Shown here: positions 33,551 to 42,796 of the stretch, piece after piece
Numbering within the stretch: position 1 is the stretch's first letter
Layout: each line of letters begins with the position of its first letter
From: Verrucomicrobiota bacterium
Lineage (GTDB): Bacteria > Verrucomicrobiota > Verrucomicrobiia > Opitutales > Seribacteraceae
NCBI GenBank assembly: GCA_027622665.1
Contig: JAQBYT010000001.1
Coordinates: 288,001-352,000 of the forward strand
Reading direction: 5' to 3'
DNA length: 64,000 nucleotides
The notes under the pieces: generated by a model
Database searches by the model: none
What the model was told of the DNA's origin: nothing
The model's input: the letters and a program-made list of their open reading frames with translations, nothing else
Translations under genes and position numbers: made by a program

Positions 33551-34591
33551 ATGAGTACCTCTAAAATTCTCGACCTCCCCATTCGCCCCCGTCGCCTGCG
33601 AAGGACCTCGGGGCTAAGGGCTTTAGTGCAGGAAACCGCATTGCAGCTAGACGATTTAATCCTGCCCATCTTCGTAGTGGAAGGAGAAGGCGAACCTGAA
33701 CCGATTGAATCCATGCCGGATGTCTTTCGTTTGCCGATCCCTCAACTCATTGAAAAATGTCGCGAGTTGTGCGAATTGGGACTGCGTTCGGTTGCACTTT
33801 TCCCAAAGGTACCAAGCCATAAGAAAGACGATCAGGGTTCCGAAGCTCTCAACTTAAACGCCCTAGTGCTGAATGCCGCCCGAGCCCTGAAGGTCGCCAT
33901 ACCCCAATTGATCTTGGTGGGCGACCTCGCACTTGACCCATATACTATCCACGGGCACGATGGCGTGCTTGACCTCTCGGGTAATGTGGACAATGACGCA
34001 ACGGTTGCCATTCTGGCCGAAATGGGAGTGCTTGCGGCAAACGCGGGAATAGACATCGTCGCGCCATCCGACATGATGGACGGACGCATCGCTGAAATTC
34101 GGCATCATTTGGACGAATCCGGTCACGCACAGACGGCAATTATGGCCTATTCCGCTAAATTCGCGTCAGCGTACTACGGTCCTTTTCGGGAAGCGGTTGG
34201 AAGCGAGCGACCCGACAACCATTCGTCAATAGATAAAAGAACCTATCAGTTGAACCCTGCCAATTTTCGAGAGGCTCAGCGCGAGCTTCTCTTGGACGAA
34301 AAAGAAGGTGCGGACTTCTTAATGGTTAAACCTGCGGAACCTTACCTTGATGTGATTCGGTATGCCCGCGACAATGCCAATCTTCCCATTGTCGCCTATC
34401 AAGTTTCGGGCGAGTACGCTCGCATCTGGGCCGCCGCCGAGAGAGGGTGGCTTGACTTGGAAGCCTGCATGATGGAATCGCTTACCTCGATTAAACGCTC
34501 AGGGGCGGACTTGATCCTTACGTACTTCGCAGAGAGGATTCTCCGCGACCGTCATTTAGGCGAAACTTCATCAGGTGCAGAATCTTCGTAG
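33551..34591 (+). CDS. hemB: Porphobilinogen synthase (delta-aminolevulinate dehydratase)
   Basis: RPRRLR, APSDMMDGR, YSAKFASAYYGPFREA, LMVKP, YQVSGEY; start at ATG 33551. Confidence 0.97.
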   Translation: MSTSKILDLPIRPRRLRRTSGLRALVQETALQLDDLILPIFVVEGEGEPEPIESMPDVFRLPIPQLIEKCRELCELGLRSVALFPKVPSHKKDDQGSEALNLNALVLNAARALKVAIPQLILVGDLALDPYTIHGHDGVLDLSGNVDNDATVAILAEMGVLAANAGIDIVAPSDMMDGRIAEIRHHLDESGHAQTAIMAYSAKFASAYYGPFREAVGSERPDNHSSIDKRTYQLNPANFREAQRELLLDEKEGADFLMVKPAEPYLDVIRYARDNANLPIVAYQVSGEYARIWAAAERGWLDLEACMMESLTSIKRSGADLILTYFAERILRDRHLGETSSGAESS

Positions 34592-35325
34592 CGAGTCGGT
34601 TCTTTCTCTCGCTCTTCTTCCTCCCACTTCAAATCTTCTTTACGTAGCATTTTTTCTTCTTCTTTATCGCCAGAATCTACGACACTCGTGTCGAGATCGG
34701 AATAATCCTCCTCCCCATTCCCTTCCTCGTCCTCGTCTTTAATATCATGATCGAGAGCAAAGCCTTCGGGAACGAACTCCAAGATAGATTCAACCTCTAT
34801 GTAGAAGTGGGTGCGACGACCTTCAAGATAATCATTGTTGTGACGCTCTGCCAGAACTTCCTCCATCTCATCTAAGGTAAAAGGTTCGGTAAAGTCGATC
34901 AGGTCGTTGAGCATCTTTATCCGTAAGATTGAGATATGCGTGAGAAAATCGGCATAGGGCCCCTTGTCCTCATGCATAACGTCCGGCAAAGCAAACAGCA
35001 TGTCTTCAGCTTTAAGCAAAGAATCTCGCACCCGGCGAAGTTTAATCCTGCCGCCCTCCAATTCCTCGCCAATCTCAAAAGTAAAAAACGCCTCATCGAC
35101 GATTTCCGAAGCAAGCCCGTATTCCGTCATCGAGTCCAACAACTCGTTCATGTGAAAGAATTGCTTGGGGTCAATGATACCTAACCCATCCACATCCCAG
35201 TTTACATTGTCGCTAATTTCGTTTACCCACCAGTTTTTATCTTCACCCAAGCGAACGATACACCAATCAATTCTTGTTTCCATCTTCTCCATGACCACTT
35301 GCCATAAGTTGGGATTTTTGCTCAA
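34552..35325 (-). CDS. Hypothetical protein with very acidic C-terminus
   Basis: 257-aa ORF with protein-like composition; no recognised motif; start codon uncertain. Confidence 0.7.
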   Translation of the reverse strand: MSKNPNLWQVVMEKMETRIDWCIVRLGEDKNWWVNEISDNVNWDVDGLGIIDPKQFFHMNELLDSMTEYGLASEIVDEAFFTFEIGEELEGGRIKLRRVRDSLLKAEDMLFALPDVMHEDKGPYADFLTHISILRIKMLNDLIDFTEPFTLDEMEEVLAERHNNDYLEGRRTHFYIEVESILEFVPEGFALDHDIKDEDEEGNGEEDYSDLDTSVVDSGDKEEEKMLRKEDLKWEEEEREKEPTRYEDSAPDEVSPK

Positions 35326-35437
35326 GTCAACTTCCTAGTTCAAGAAGAGGCAATTTTTTCTTCATTTTAGAAAAAAAATCCCATGCAAAATTTTCACAGA
35401 ACAGGAAGAAATGGAATAATGGATATCCGTTGTAATT

Positions 35438-36502
35438 ATGAGTCTTTTCTACGAAAAAATCTTTAGGCCGTTATTATTTAAGCTAGAAGCTGAACGGGCA
35501 CACCGAATCGCCGCTTTTTCTATGCGAGTTCTTGGCAAGACCACTCTATTGAGGGGACTCGCATCCCTTTATTGTCGCACCGAATCTTCCCCCGTTCGTC
35601 TTTTCGGCTTGGATTTCCCCAATCCCGTTGGATTGGCCGCAGGCATGGACAAAAACGGTGAATTTATTCGGTCTTCACTTGCCCTTGGTTTCGGGCACGT
35701 CGAAATTGGGACGATAACTCCACAGCGCCAACTAGGCAATCCCCGGCCCAGGCTTTTTCGCTACCCCCCAGTGGGGGGAATTGTCAACCGAATGGGATTC
35801 AACAACGATGGAGCAGAAATCGTAGCTGACCGGATTAAAAGAAACTATCCGAGGGGAAAACGCAATATGCCACTAGGCATCAATATCGGAAAGGCAAAAA
35901 CAACTGACCTCGATCAGGCCGCAGAGGATTATATTAAATGCTTCAAAATTGCGGCAGACCAGGCGGATTACATTGCTATTAACATAAGTAGCCCCAATAC
36001 CAGAAGCCTTCGAACACTCCAAGAACCTGATCGGCTCGAACCACTGCTCGCCTCCATTAATCAGGAGAGGAAGGATTATTCGGCGAAAATGGGGCGGAAA
36101 CACGTTCCGGTATTGTTAAAGATTTCTCCGGATGAATCATTTCGAGCCCTAGACATTGTCCTCGAACTTGCTTTTCTTCATGAAATTGATGGAATTATTG
36201 CTACGAACTCAACTGTTAGCCGAGCCGAGCCGAATTCCGCATGCTGTACAGAGCCTGGCGGTCTCAGCGGTTTGCCTCTAAGAAAACGCTCCACCGAGGT
36301 CGTGCGCTACCTCGCCAAGGCTTCAGGTGGTCGCATTCCAATAATTGGAGTCGGTGGAATCTGCGACGCTATGACAGCAGGAGAAAAACTGGACGCCGGG
36401 GCATCCCTCATTCAACTCTATTCGGGATTCGTCTACAAGGGGCCCTTACTTGTTAAAAGCCTTGCTCGATCGATGGTCCACAGGTGCTCAAATCCGATTT
36501 AA
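35438..36502 (+). CDS. pyrD: Quinone-dependent dihydroorotate dehydrogenase (class 2)
   Basis: NPVGLAAGMDKN, NRMGFNN, INIGK, NISSPNT, GGLSG. Confidence 0.97.
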   Translation: MSLFYEKIFRPLLFKLEAERAHRIAAFSMRVLGKTTLLRGLASLYCRTESSPVRLFGLDFPNPVGLAAGMDKNGEFIRSSLALGFGHVEIGTITPQRQLGNPRPRLFRYPPVGGIVNRMGFNNDGAEIVADRIKRNYPRGKRNMPLGINIGKAKTTDLDQAAEDYIKCFKIAADQADYIAINISSPNTRSLRTLQEPDRLEPLLASINQERKDYSAKMGRKHVPVLLKISPDESFRALDIVLELAFLHEIDGIIATNSTVSRAEPNSACCTEPGGLSGLPLRKRSTEVVRYLAKASGGRIPIIGVGGICDAMTAGEKLDAGASLIQLYSGFVYKGPLLVKSLARSMVHRCSNPI

Positions 36503-36585
36503 GGTGTGCCAACGAGATTTTCAGTTGTTCTTTCCCTCTTGCCAGTCTTCATTCCTAGTCACAAAATAATAGGTTTATAGGAAGC

Positions 36586-37578
36586 ATGAAAAAAGGGCTT
36601 TTATTTGGAATTTTGCTGCTGATCGGTGGAGGTGGACTTGCCGTATTGGTTAAATTTGGGGGGAAACCGGAGAATTTAAAGTCATGGTGGCATAAATTCT
36701 CGCACAATAGCGATTCACTGCCTTGGTGCCCTTACCAAGTGCGCGAGGTCGATGCATCAAAAATGTACATCAAGAAGGCCACCCAAGTACTTTTTCTTGA
36801 CCAGAACCTCTTCTGGAAGGGGCAGGGCGCAACAGTTGGACCAGAATTAGATAAAAAAGGTAGAGTGGTTCGTTTGATCGTTACTGCAGGCGGATCGGGT
36901 TATTCGCCTACGACCACGGCGGAAGTAGTTGGTGCCGGATCGGAGACCTTTAAATTGGGGAACGTGACAGTCAAAAATGGTAAAGTTGCAGGCGTAGAAT
37001 TTATAAGTGGAGGAGAGTGGTACCGTACCTCGAGGGTACATGCATACAGTACAGACGGTCGAGTCGAAGTGTTGCCTTACAGCGGAACCACCAAGCTAAA
37101 ATTCGACAATGGCCAAGTTCACGATGCTAAACATTTCCTTTCGGGTGAACTCCACGGAAAATGGAAACGATTTAGGCAAGATGGGATACAAATTTTTGAT
37201 AAAGAATTTACGCGGGGAAAGAAACACGGGGCACATCTTTATTATTTCCATGACCCGATTGATCCCGAAGACTATAAAACCCAAAGTGATGCACACCTAA
37301 AGAGAAAGATATACGCCTCGCTCTGGCTTGAAGTTCACGAAGATGCCAGACGGAAATTCCTCAAATACCCATCACCGGAAGCAAACGAATGGGCCATAAA
37401 AAAGTACAAGGAACGGGGAGGCGAGTTTCAAGTACATCTTCTCGAACATTACGAGAATAACAGGCGCCATGGCAGTTTCGAAGGGTATGACTACCTTGGA
37501 AATCCTACTTTTAAGGATGATTACAAGGAGGGTCTTCGCATAAGCCATAAAACTTTTGACAAAACCAAAAAAGGTTAG
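36586..37578 (+). CDS. Membrane-anchored hypothetical protein with GGSGY-type beta repeat and MORN-like repeats
   Basis: N-terminal TM; IVTAGGSGYS...VKNGKV; FLSGELHGKW, FTRGKKHG, YENNRRHG, YKEG. Confidence 0.75.
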   Translation: MKKGLLFGILLLIGGGGLAVLVKFGGKPENLKSWWHKFSHNSDSLPWCPYQVREVDASKMYIKKATQVLFLDQNLFWKGQGATVGPELDKKGRVVRLIVTAGGSGYSPTTTAEVVGAGSETFKLGNVTVKNGKVAGVEFISGGEWYRTSRVHAYSTDGRVEVLPYSGTTKLKFDNGQVHDAKHFLSGELHGKWKRFRQDGIQIFDKEFTRGKKHGAHLYYFHDPIDPEDYKTQSDAHLKRKIYASLWLEVHEDARRKFLKYPSPEANEWAIKKYKERGGEFQVHLLEHYENNRRHGSFEGYDYLGNPTFKDDYKEGLRISHKTFDKTKKG

Positions 37579-37598
37579 CGAATAGAAGTTTCTGAAGA

Positions 37599-37683
37599 TG
37601 GTGCTCAGGGGGGGACTCGAACCCCCACGGGTTACCCCACCAGGTCCTTAACCTGGCGCGTCTACCAATTCCGCCACCTGAGC
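37599..37683 (-). tRNA. tRNA-Leu (AAG)
   Basis: 85-nt class II tRNA GCTCAGGTGGCGGAATTGGTAGACGCG CCAGG TT AAG GA CCTGG TGGGGTAACCCGT GGGGGTTCGAGTCCCCC CCTGAGC A CCA; long variable arm, A73 discriminator. Confidence 0.95.
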
Positions 37684-37864
37684 TGAGTTGACTAACACTT
37701 TCATCATCATCCCGTGAATGAAAGAAGTCATAGCATGGCACATTGTTGTCGTTAATCCAAGAAAAAATCTTCGGGTTGCATTAGTTTAAGCATAACTCTT
37801 GTCAAAGGGGAAGAGGTTTGCCATCATGTATAACCAAAGAATGGTACTACACTCCGAAGATTCA

Positions 37865-39349
37865 ATGTCCGACAAGGCGCAACCCGATCTAGCGTCATTG
37901 CTAAATGCGAACCTTGGTCCTACATGGAGCGGCGACAACTTATCTTCGTCTCGCACTATCGAAAAAAGGTCACCAGAACAAACCGCTCACCGTGAACGGA
38001 AAAGTGGGTGGTCGACAAGCGACGGCCGCTCGCGAGAACACTCCAAAAGTGAACGCGGAAAGAGACAACAATCTCGAAAAGACAACTCAGCCAGGACAGA
38101 CTACCCTAGAGTAGCTAGGGCCGAGAAGCCTTTCTGCAAAATAAGCTTTTTTCCCTCGCCGGAAACCTTCAATGCAATTGCCGCAAATCTTCGAGAAACA
38201 GGACGCACTTTCGAGCTGTTTGATCTCACATCTACGATTCTGGCAAAGCCAGAACGGTTTGTCGTCCGAGTGTCCATGCCCAAGGAAGCAATCGATCAAG
38301 AAAAAACATTGTGCGTATCTAAGCTAGACGGGTTAGTTTTTGACTCCCCCGAGGCAGTAATTGATCATCTCATCGCCAAGGGACTGGGAAATATATACGA
38401 TGTCGAAGAGATCGAAACAGAACCTCCGTCAGGTAATTTCCCTGCCATCAATAGATGTGGGATTACTGGAGATTGGCTTGCGCCTCCGAATTATCATCGC
38501 TATGCGGAAATGATTCGCGAGCACCACGCCACTAAGCTCGCTAATATCACCTTTGATAAATTCGAGAAGAAAATCGAAACTGTCCGCGAACCCGAGGCTG
38601 CGACCGCTTGGATTGAAGAAATGAGAAAGGTTCGAAAATATAAGCTTACAAAGCCCAAGGCTGACGATCCTGAAAGCTTTGACAGCCTTGTAGCACTCCG
38701 CAAACACCTCGCATTCCATAAATCTTCTGCATTCGTCCAGACCTGTACAAATACCGAGTTTCACGGAAGGTTGCTGGAGAATCTTTCCGGAGGTATCCTG
38801 AAAGACGATATTGAGATCACTCTTGAACAGCAGCGTCGCTTTCCACTAGATACGGCCTTGGCTCTTTTGGGTCGGTTTCGCGCCGCCAAGTTTCACCACT
38901 TCAAGCGTGGGAAAAAGGGCATCTCCTATCTCTCGCCCATTAAACGCCGTCGCCGTGTCGCTGGCGAACGTTTCTCTCCCTCGATTGAGGGACTCATTTC
39001 CTTTGTCGAAAAACACCCGCTTACCGAAAAAGGCTCACTGGCTGAAAAGCATCTTGGGATTTCCGCCGACAAGAAAGATGACCCAAAGAATTCAGATGCC
39101 ATCCGAACTCTTGCCCGAGACCTGCATTGGCTAATTGCGGAAGGCTACGCAACTGAGTATTCAGATGGTCGTCTCGAAATCCGTTCGCTGATAGCCAGCA
39201 ACGAAGGGAAGAGCAAAGAGAATAAGATCAAAATTGAAGTTGACCAAGAGGCAGAGAACGAATCCATAAATTCTAAAGTCGATAAAAAACCTGAAGATCT
39301 GGGAGATGCCCCAACAGGCTCAGACTCCGAGGGGCTTCGCCAATCGTAA
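37865..39349 (+). CDS. Hypothetical protein (basic, low-complexity N-terminus, globular core)
   Basis: Long ORF with coding-like composition; likely start MSDKAQ at 37865 (ORF is open from 37799). Confidence 0.75.
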   Translation: MSDKAQPDLASLLNANLGPTWSGDNLSSSRTIEKRSPEQTAHRERKSGWSTSDGRSREHSKSERGKRQQSRKDNSARTDYPRVARAEKPFCKISFFPSPETFNAIAANLRETGRTFELFDLTSTILAKPERFVVRVSMPKEAIDQEKTLCVSKLDGLVFDSPEAVIDHLIAKGLGNIYDVEEIETEPPSGNFPAINRCGITGDWLAPPNYHRYAEMIREHHATKLANITFDKFEKKIETVREPEAATAWIEEMRKVRKYKLTKPKADDPESFDSLVALRKHLAFHKSSAFVQTCTNTEFHGRLLENLSGGILKDDIEITLEQQRRFPLDTALALLGRFRAAKFHHFKRGKKGISYLSPIKRRRRVAGERFSPSIEGLISFVEKHPLTEKGSLAEKHLGISADKKDDPKNSDAIRTLARDLHWLIAEGYATEYSDGRLEIRSLIASNEGKSKENKIKIEVDQEAENESINSKVDKKPEDLGDAPTGSDSEGLRQS

Positions 39350-39769
39350 ACTCCGCCCACCGCGAGATGGTGTTTCAATAATCAACCGCCAAGTCTCTCC
39401 AAAGACAAGTTCGGGAGCTTTCTGAGGCCACTCGACCAATAAAATCCAAGGCGAAATAAGCAACTCTTCGATGCCCAGATTTTCAGCATCTTTGCTTGAC
39501 TCGAGTCGATATGCATCAACATGTACAAGGTTTCGGCGAGGGGAAGTGTACACGTTTACGATGTCATAGGTAGGACTGGTCACCTGCCCTTTGACCCCAA
39601 GCGCATGAGCAAGAGCAGATGCAAAAAAAGTTTTCCCAGCACCCATGAAGCCATCCAGCAGAAGTGTAAGGTTTTCGGGAATAATCACGGCAAGTTGCTT
39701 GGCAACATCAGTGACATCAGCAGGTTCAGGGCAATGCAGACCTGAAGAATAGAGCTTGTCAAAATCCAT
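39320..39769 (-). CDS. tsaE: tRNA threonylcarbamoyladenosine biosynthesis ATPase TsaE
   Basis: LLDGFMGAGKT, VTSPTY, HVDAYRL, LVEWP; start at ATG 39769. Confidence 0.95.
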   Translation of the reverse strand: MDFDKLYSSGLHCPEPADVTDVAKQLAVIIPENLTLLLDGFMGAGKTFFASALAHALGVKGQVTSPTYDIVNVYTSPRRNLVHVDAYRLESSKDAENLGIEELLISPWILLVEWPQKAPELVFGETWRLIIETPSRGGRSLRLAKPLGV

Positions 39770-40532
39770 GACCGACAAGAATAGAAAACACCATGAAGCC
39801 GTTAAAACCGGCATGAATTAAGATACAGGTTCTAAGATCGCCCGTACGTTCATAGGATAATGCGAGGATGATTCCGAGAAAAGTCAATGGGACGAAAGAA
39901 AGCACATTCTGGTGCACGAGTCCAAAAAGTATGCCTGAGATTACAAGTGCCGGGCCAACTCCAAATGGTCGTTTCATGGCACGAAATAAGATCCCGCGAA
40001 ATAAAAATTCCTCCAGGACGGGGGCAACAACCAAGGCGTAACAAGCAATGTTGAAAACTTCATTTAACGATTGCGTTTCCGCTAGCTTCTGAACCGATTC
40101 TTGTTTGGGATAACCAGACAAGACCTGAGAGGAAATAAAGGATATTGCGAGTAATGCGGGCCATGCACGCAAGAGCCGAATCAACGCGTCGCTCATTACT
40201 TGCAGCCATCCCATTCGGAATATGCCGACCAAATTTGGATAATTCTCTTTTCTCGAAATCCAGTAGATGGCAAACATCACTAACACTGGTAAAAAGCCCA
40301 AGGGCAAAGGGCCGAAAACACCGATAAGCAAACAGCCGACCAAGACGATCACCTCCCAAAGGCCCACTTCCCACAACCTAACCTTAAAGGATGGCTTGCC
40401 AGACTGGATTATCTTTTTACGTAGCAACAGCACAATGCCTGCCGCGGCCATAACTACATTAATTCCAAAAACAAGTTGAGCTCCGAGACCCCACTCTTCG
40501 TGGGCTGCAATAAATAATACAGACATTTTCAT
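39759..40532 (-). CDS. CPBP (Abi/CAAX) family intramembrane metalloprotease
   Basis: APVLEEFLFRG, FGLVH, HAGFN; multiple TMs. Confidence 0.92.
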   Translation of the reverse strand: MKMSVLFIAAHEEWGLGAQLVFGINVVMAAAGIVLLLRKKIIQSGKPSFKVRLWEVGLWEVIVLVGCLLIGVFGPLPLGFLPVLVMFAIYWISRKENYPNLVGIFRMGWLQVMSDALIRLLRAWPALLAISFISSQVLSGYPKQESVQKLAETQSLNEVFNIACYALVVAPVLEEFLFRGILFRAMKRPFGVGPALVISGILFGLVHQNVLSFVPLTFLGIILALSYERTGDLRTCILIHAGFNGFMVFSILVGHGF

Positions 40533-40550
40533 GCCCGAGACATATCTTCC

Positions 40551-41840
40551 TCAAGCAAGGGAAGAATCTCTGATAAGCTGGCCAGCGGAAATCACATGAG
40601 TTACTCGGCCAGTCATGTTTTCACCAAGCCAAGGGGAATTGGACGAAAGGCTCTCTAAGTTTTCAGGAGTGACAATCCACTCCTTTTGCTGGTCAAAAAT
40701 GACGATGTCGGCAATGGCTCCGGATGACAATGTACCCTTATTCAAACCTAAAACAGAGGCAGGTCGGTAAGTTAGGGCGGCTACCATGTCGCTTACGCTT
40801 CCCGCTCCGCTTTTAACTATCGATTCAAGGCTTACCGAAAGAGCGGTTTCCAAGCCAATCACCCCGAATGGCGCAAGATCGAATTCCATGTCTTTCTCAT
40901 GTTCAAGGTAAGGTTCATGGGCTGTTGCGATGCAATCAATCGTCCCGTCAAGTAACCCTGCGAGAAGAGCTTGGCGGTCGCTTTCTTCTCGCAAAGGGGG
41001 ATTGGTCTTAAAGTTCGTATTGTAATCTGCTATAGTGGAATCCGTTAACGCAAGATGATGCGGCGTGACATCAGCAGTTACAGGTACGCCGCGTTCTTTC
41101 GCTCTTTGAAGTATCTCCACGGAACCTGCCGAACTAAGGGACTGCAAATGAACATGGGCCTTCGTGAGCATGGCCAAAGAGATCGCTCGATAGACGAAAA
41201 GTTCCTCCGCAGCTCGTGGCCATCCGCGCAACCCAAGCCTTAGTGCCTGAGCTCCTTCGTGGACTACGGCATTAGAGGAAAGGAAAGGATCTCGAGGGAG
41301 ATCAAAAATAGGGAGATCAAACATTGCTGCATATTCTAGACTTCGTCGAAAAATTTCATTATTTGCCGTGCTGAACGGACAATCAGTGACGGCAACCACA
41401 CCCGATTTCTTGAGAGAGCCGATGGGCGCAAGTTGCTCTCCCTTGCGATCTAGGGTTATGCTGCCTGTAAGCAAAACATCGATGCAGGCATCTTTCTGGA
41501 TAGCATCTTGTAAATATCGGATTGTGCCGGGGTTGTCGGCCGCCGGGGAAACGTCTGGCATGCAAACAACGGTGGTAAAGCCACCGGCGGCGGCGGCACG
41601 AGTACCTGAAGCGATAGTTTCCCGACCACCTCCCCCAAGTTCGCGCAGGTGTGCACGAAGATCTATAAATCCCGGTGCAACTATTTTTCCCGACGCATCA
41701 ACTACATTCGCAACCTCACTTTCCTTGCCGGCAGGAGCTTCGCAAATTCGACCATCGGCGATATAGAGGTCGGCGACTTCATCCCGTCCATTGGCGGGAT
41801 CAATAATACGACCGTTTTTTATCCAAATGCCCCCTCTCAT
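40551..41840 (-). CDS. pyrC: Dihydroorotase-like protein, probably catalytically inactive PyrC'
   Basis: Amidohydrolase fold (AAAAGGFTTV, VTPHHL, KTNPPLR) but DLRAH replaces DLHxH and ATAHEP replaces ATDHAP; ATGA overlap with pyrB. Confidence 0.88.
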   Translation of the reverse strand: MRGGIWIKNGRIIDPANGRDEVADLYIADGRICEAPAGKESEVANVVDASGKIVAPGFIDLRAHLRELGGGGRETIASGTRAAAAGGFTTVVCMPDVSPAADNPGTIRYLQDAIQKDACIDVLLTGSITLDRKGEQLAPIGSLKKSGVVAVTDCPFSTANNEIFRRSLEYAAMFDLPIFDLPRDPFLSSNAVVHEGAQALRLGLRGWPRAAEELFVYRAISLAMLTKAHVHLQSLSSAGSVEILQRAKERGVPVTADVTPHHLALTDSTIADYNTNFKTNPPLREESDRQALLAGLLDGTIDCIATAHEPYLEHEKDMEFDLAPFGVIGLETALSVSLESIVKSGAGSVSDMVAALTYRPASVLGLNKGTLSSGAIADIVIFDQQKEWIVTPENLESLSSNSPWLGENMTGRVTHVISAGQLIRDSSLA

Positions 41841-42796
41841 GACGGAACCTCTTTTCGCTGAAGATCGGATACGGCGGAACAAAGGTAGAGTATCGCCATT
41901 CGAACGGCAATTCCGTTAGTAACTTGGTCGAGAATCACAGAACGAGACGAATCTGCGAGGGAAGAATCGATTTCAACGCCTCGATTGATGGGTCCCGGGT
42001 GCATGATTATGGCATCGGGTTTCAACCAAGATGCTCGAGCCTCGTTAAGTCCAAACATGCTTGTATATTCTTCGAGGGACGGGAAATGCGTGGAAGTCTG
42101 TCTTTCGTGCTGGATACGAAGAAGCATAACGGCGTCGGCGTCGGCAAGAGCTTTCTTGAGGTCGTGAGTTACTTCCGCGCCAAACTCTGAGAAAGTCTTC
42201 GGGACCAATGTGGCTGGACCTCCAAAGGTGACCGATGCGCCAAGTTTGCTTAATGCCCACAAATTGGATCGAGCGACTCTACTAAAGAGCACATCTCCCA
42301 GAATAGTTATCTTTTTGCCCGTCAAATCACCAAACCGTTCCCTCAGCGTAAAAGCGTCGAGCAATGCCTGACTGGGATGTTCATGAGCACCGTCGCCGGC
42401 ATTAATGATGGGAACGTCCAAGACTCTCGATAGGTACAGTGGAGAACCCGCCGAAGAGTGCCGGAGCACGATTAGGTCGGCGCCAAGGGCTTGTACGTTA
42501 CTTGCCGTATCTCGAAGGGTTTCTCCTTTTGAAAGGCTGCTAGATTTTCCTCCGACTGAAATAACATCGGCACTCAATCGCTTCGCAGCTACTTCAAAGG
42601 CAAGTCGGGTTCTGGTACTGGGCTCCATAAAAAGATTAACCACAGTTTTACCACGCAAAGAGGGCAGTTTCTTGACGGGTCTATCAAGGGTTCCGCGAAA
42701 AGAACGAGCCATGTCTAGAACAGTCTCAATTTCGGTGCGATCGAGCTCTTCTATGCCGATCAGGTGTTTACGGTTCCAATTTGCCGGCTTCTTCAT
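41837..42796 (-). CDS. pyrB: Aspartate carbamoyltransferase catalytic subunit
   Basis: FMEPSTRTR, INAGDG..HPSQ, LRIQHER, MHPGP. Confidence 0.98.
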   Translation of the reverse strand: MKKPANWNRKHLIGIEELDRTEIETVLDMARSFRGTLDRPVKKLPSLRGKTVVNLFMEPSTRTRLAFEVAAKRLSADVISVGGKSSSLSKGETLRDTASNVQALGADLIVLRHSSAGSPLYLSRVLDVPIINAGDGAHEHPSQALLDAFTLRERFGDLTGKKITILGDVLFSRVARSNLWALSKLGASVTFGGPATLVPKTFSEFGAEVTHDLKKALADADAVMLLRIQHERQTSTHFPSLEEYTSMFGLNEARASWLKPDAIIMHPGPINRGVEIDSSLADSSRSVILDQVTNGIAVRMAILYLCSAVSDLQRKEVPS

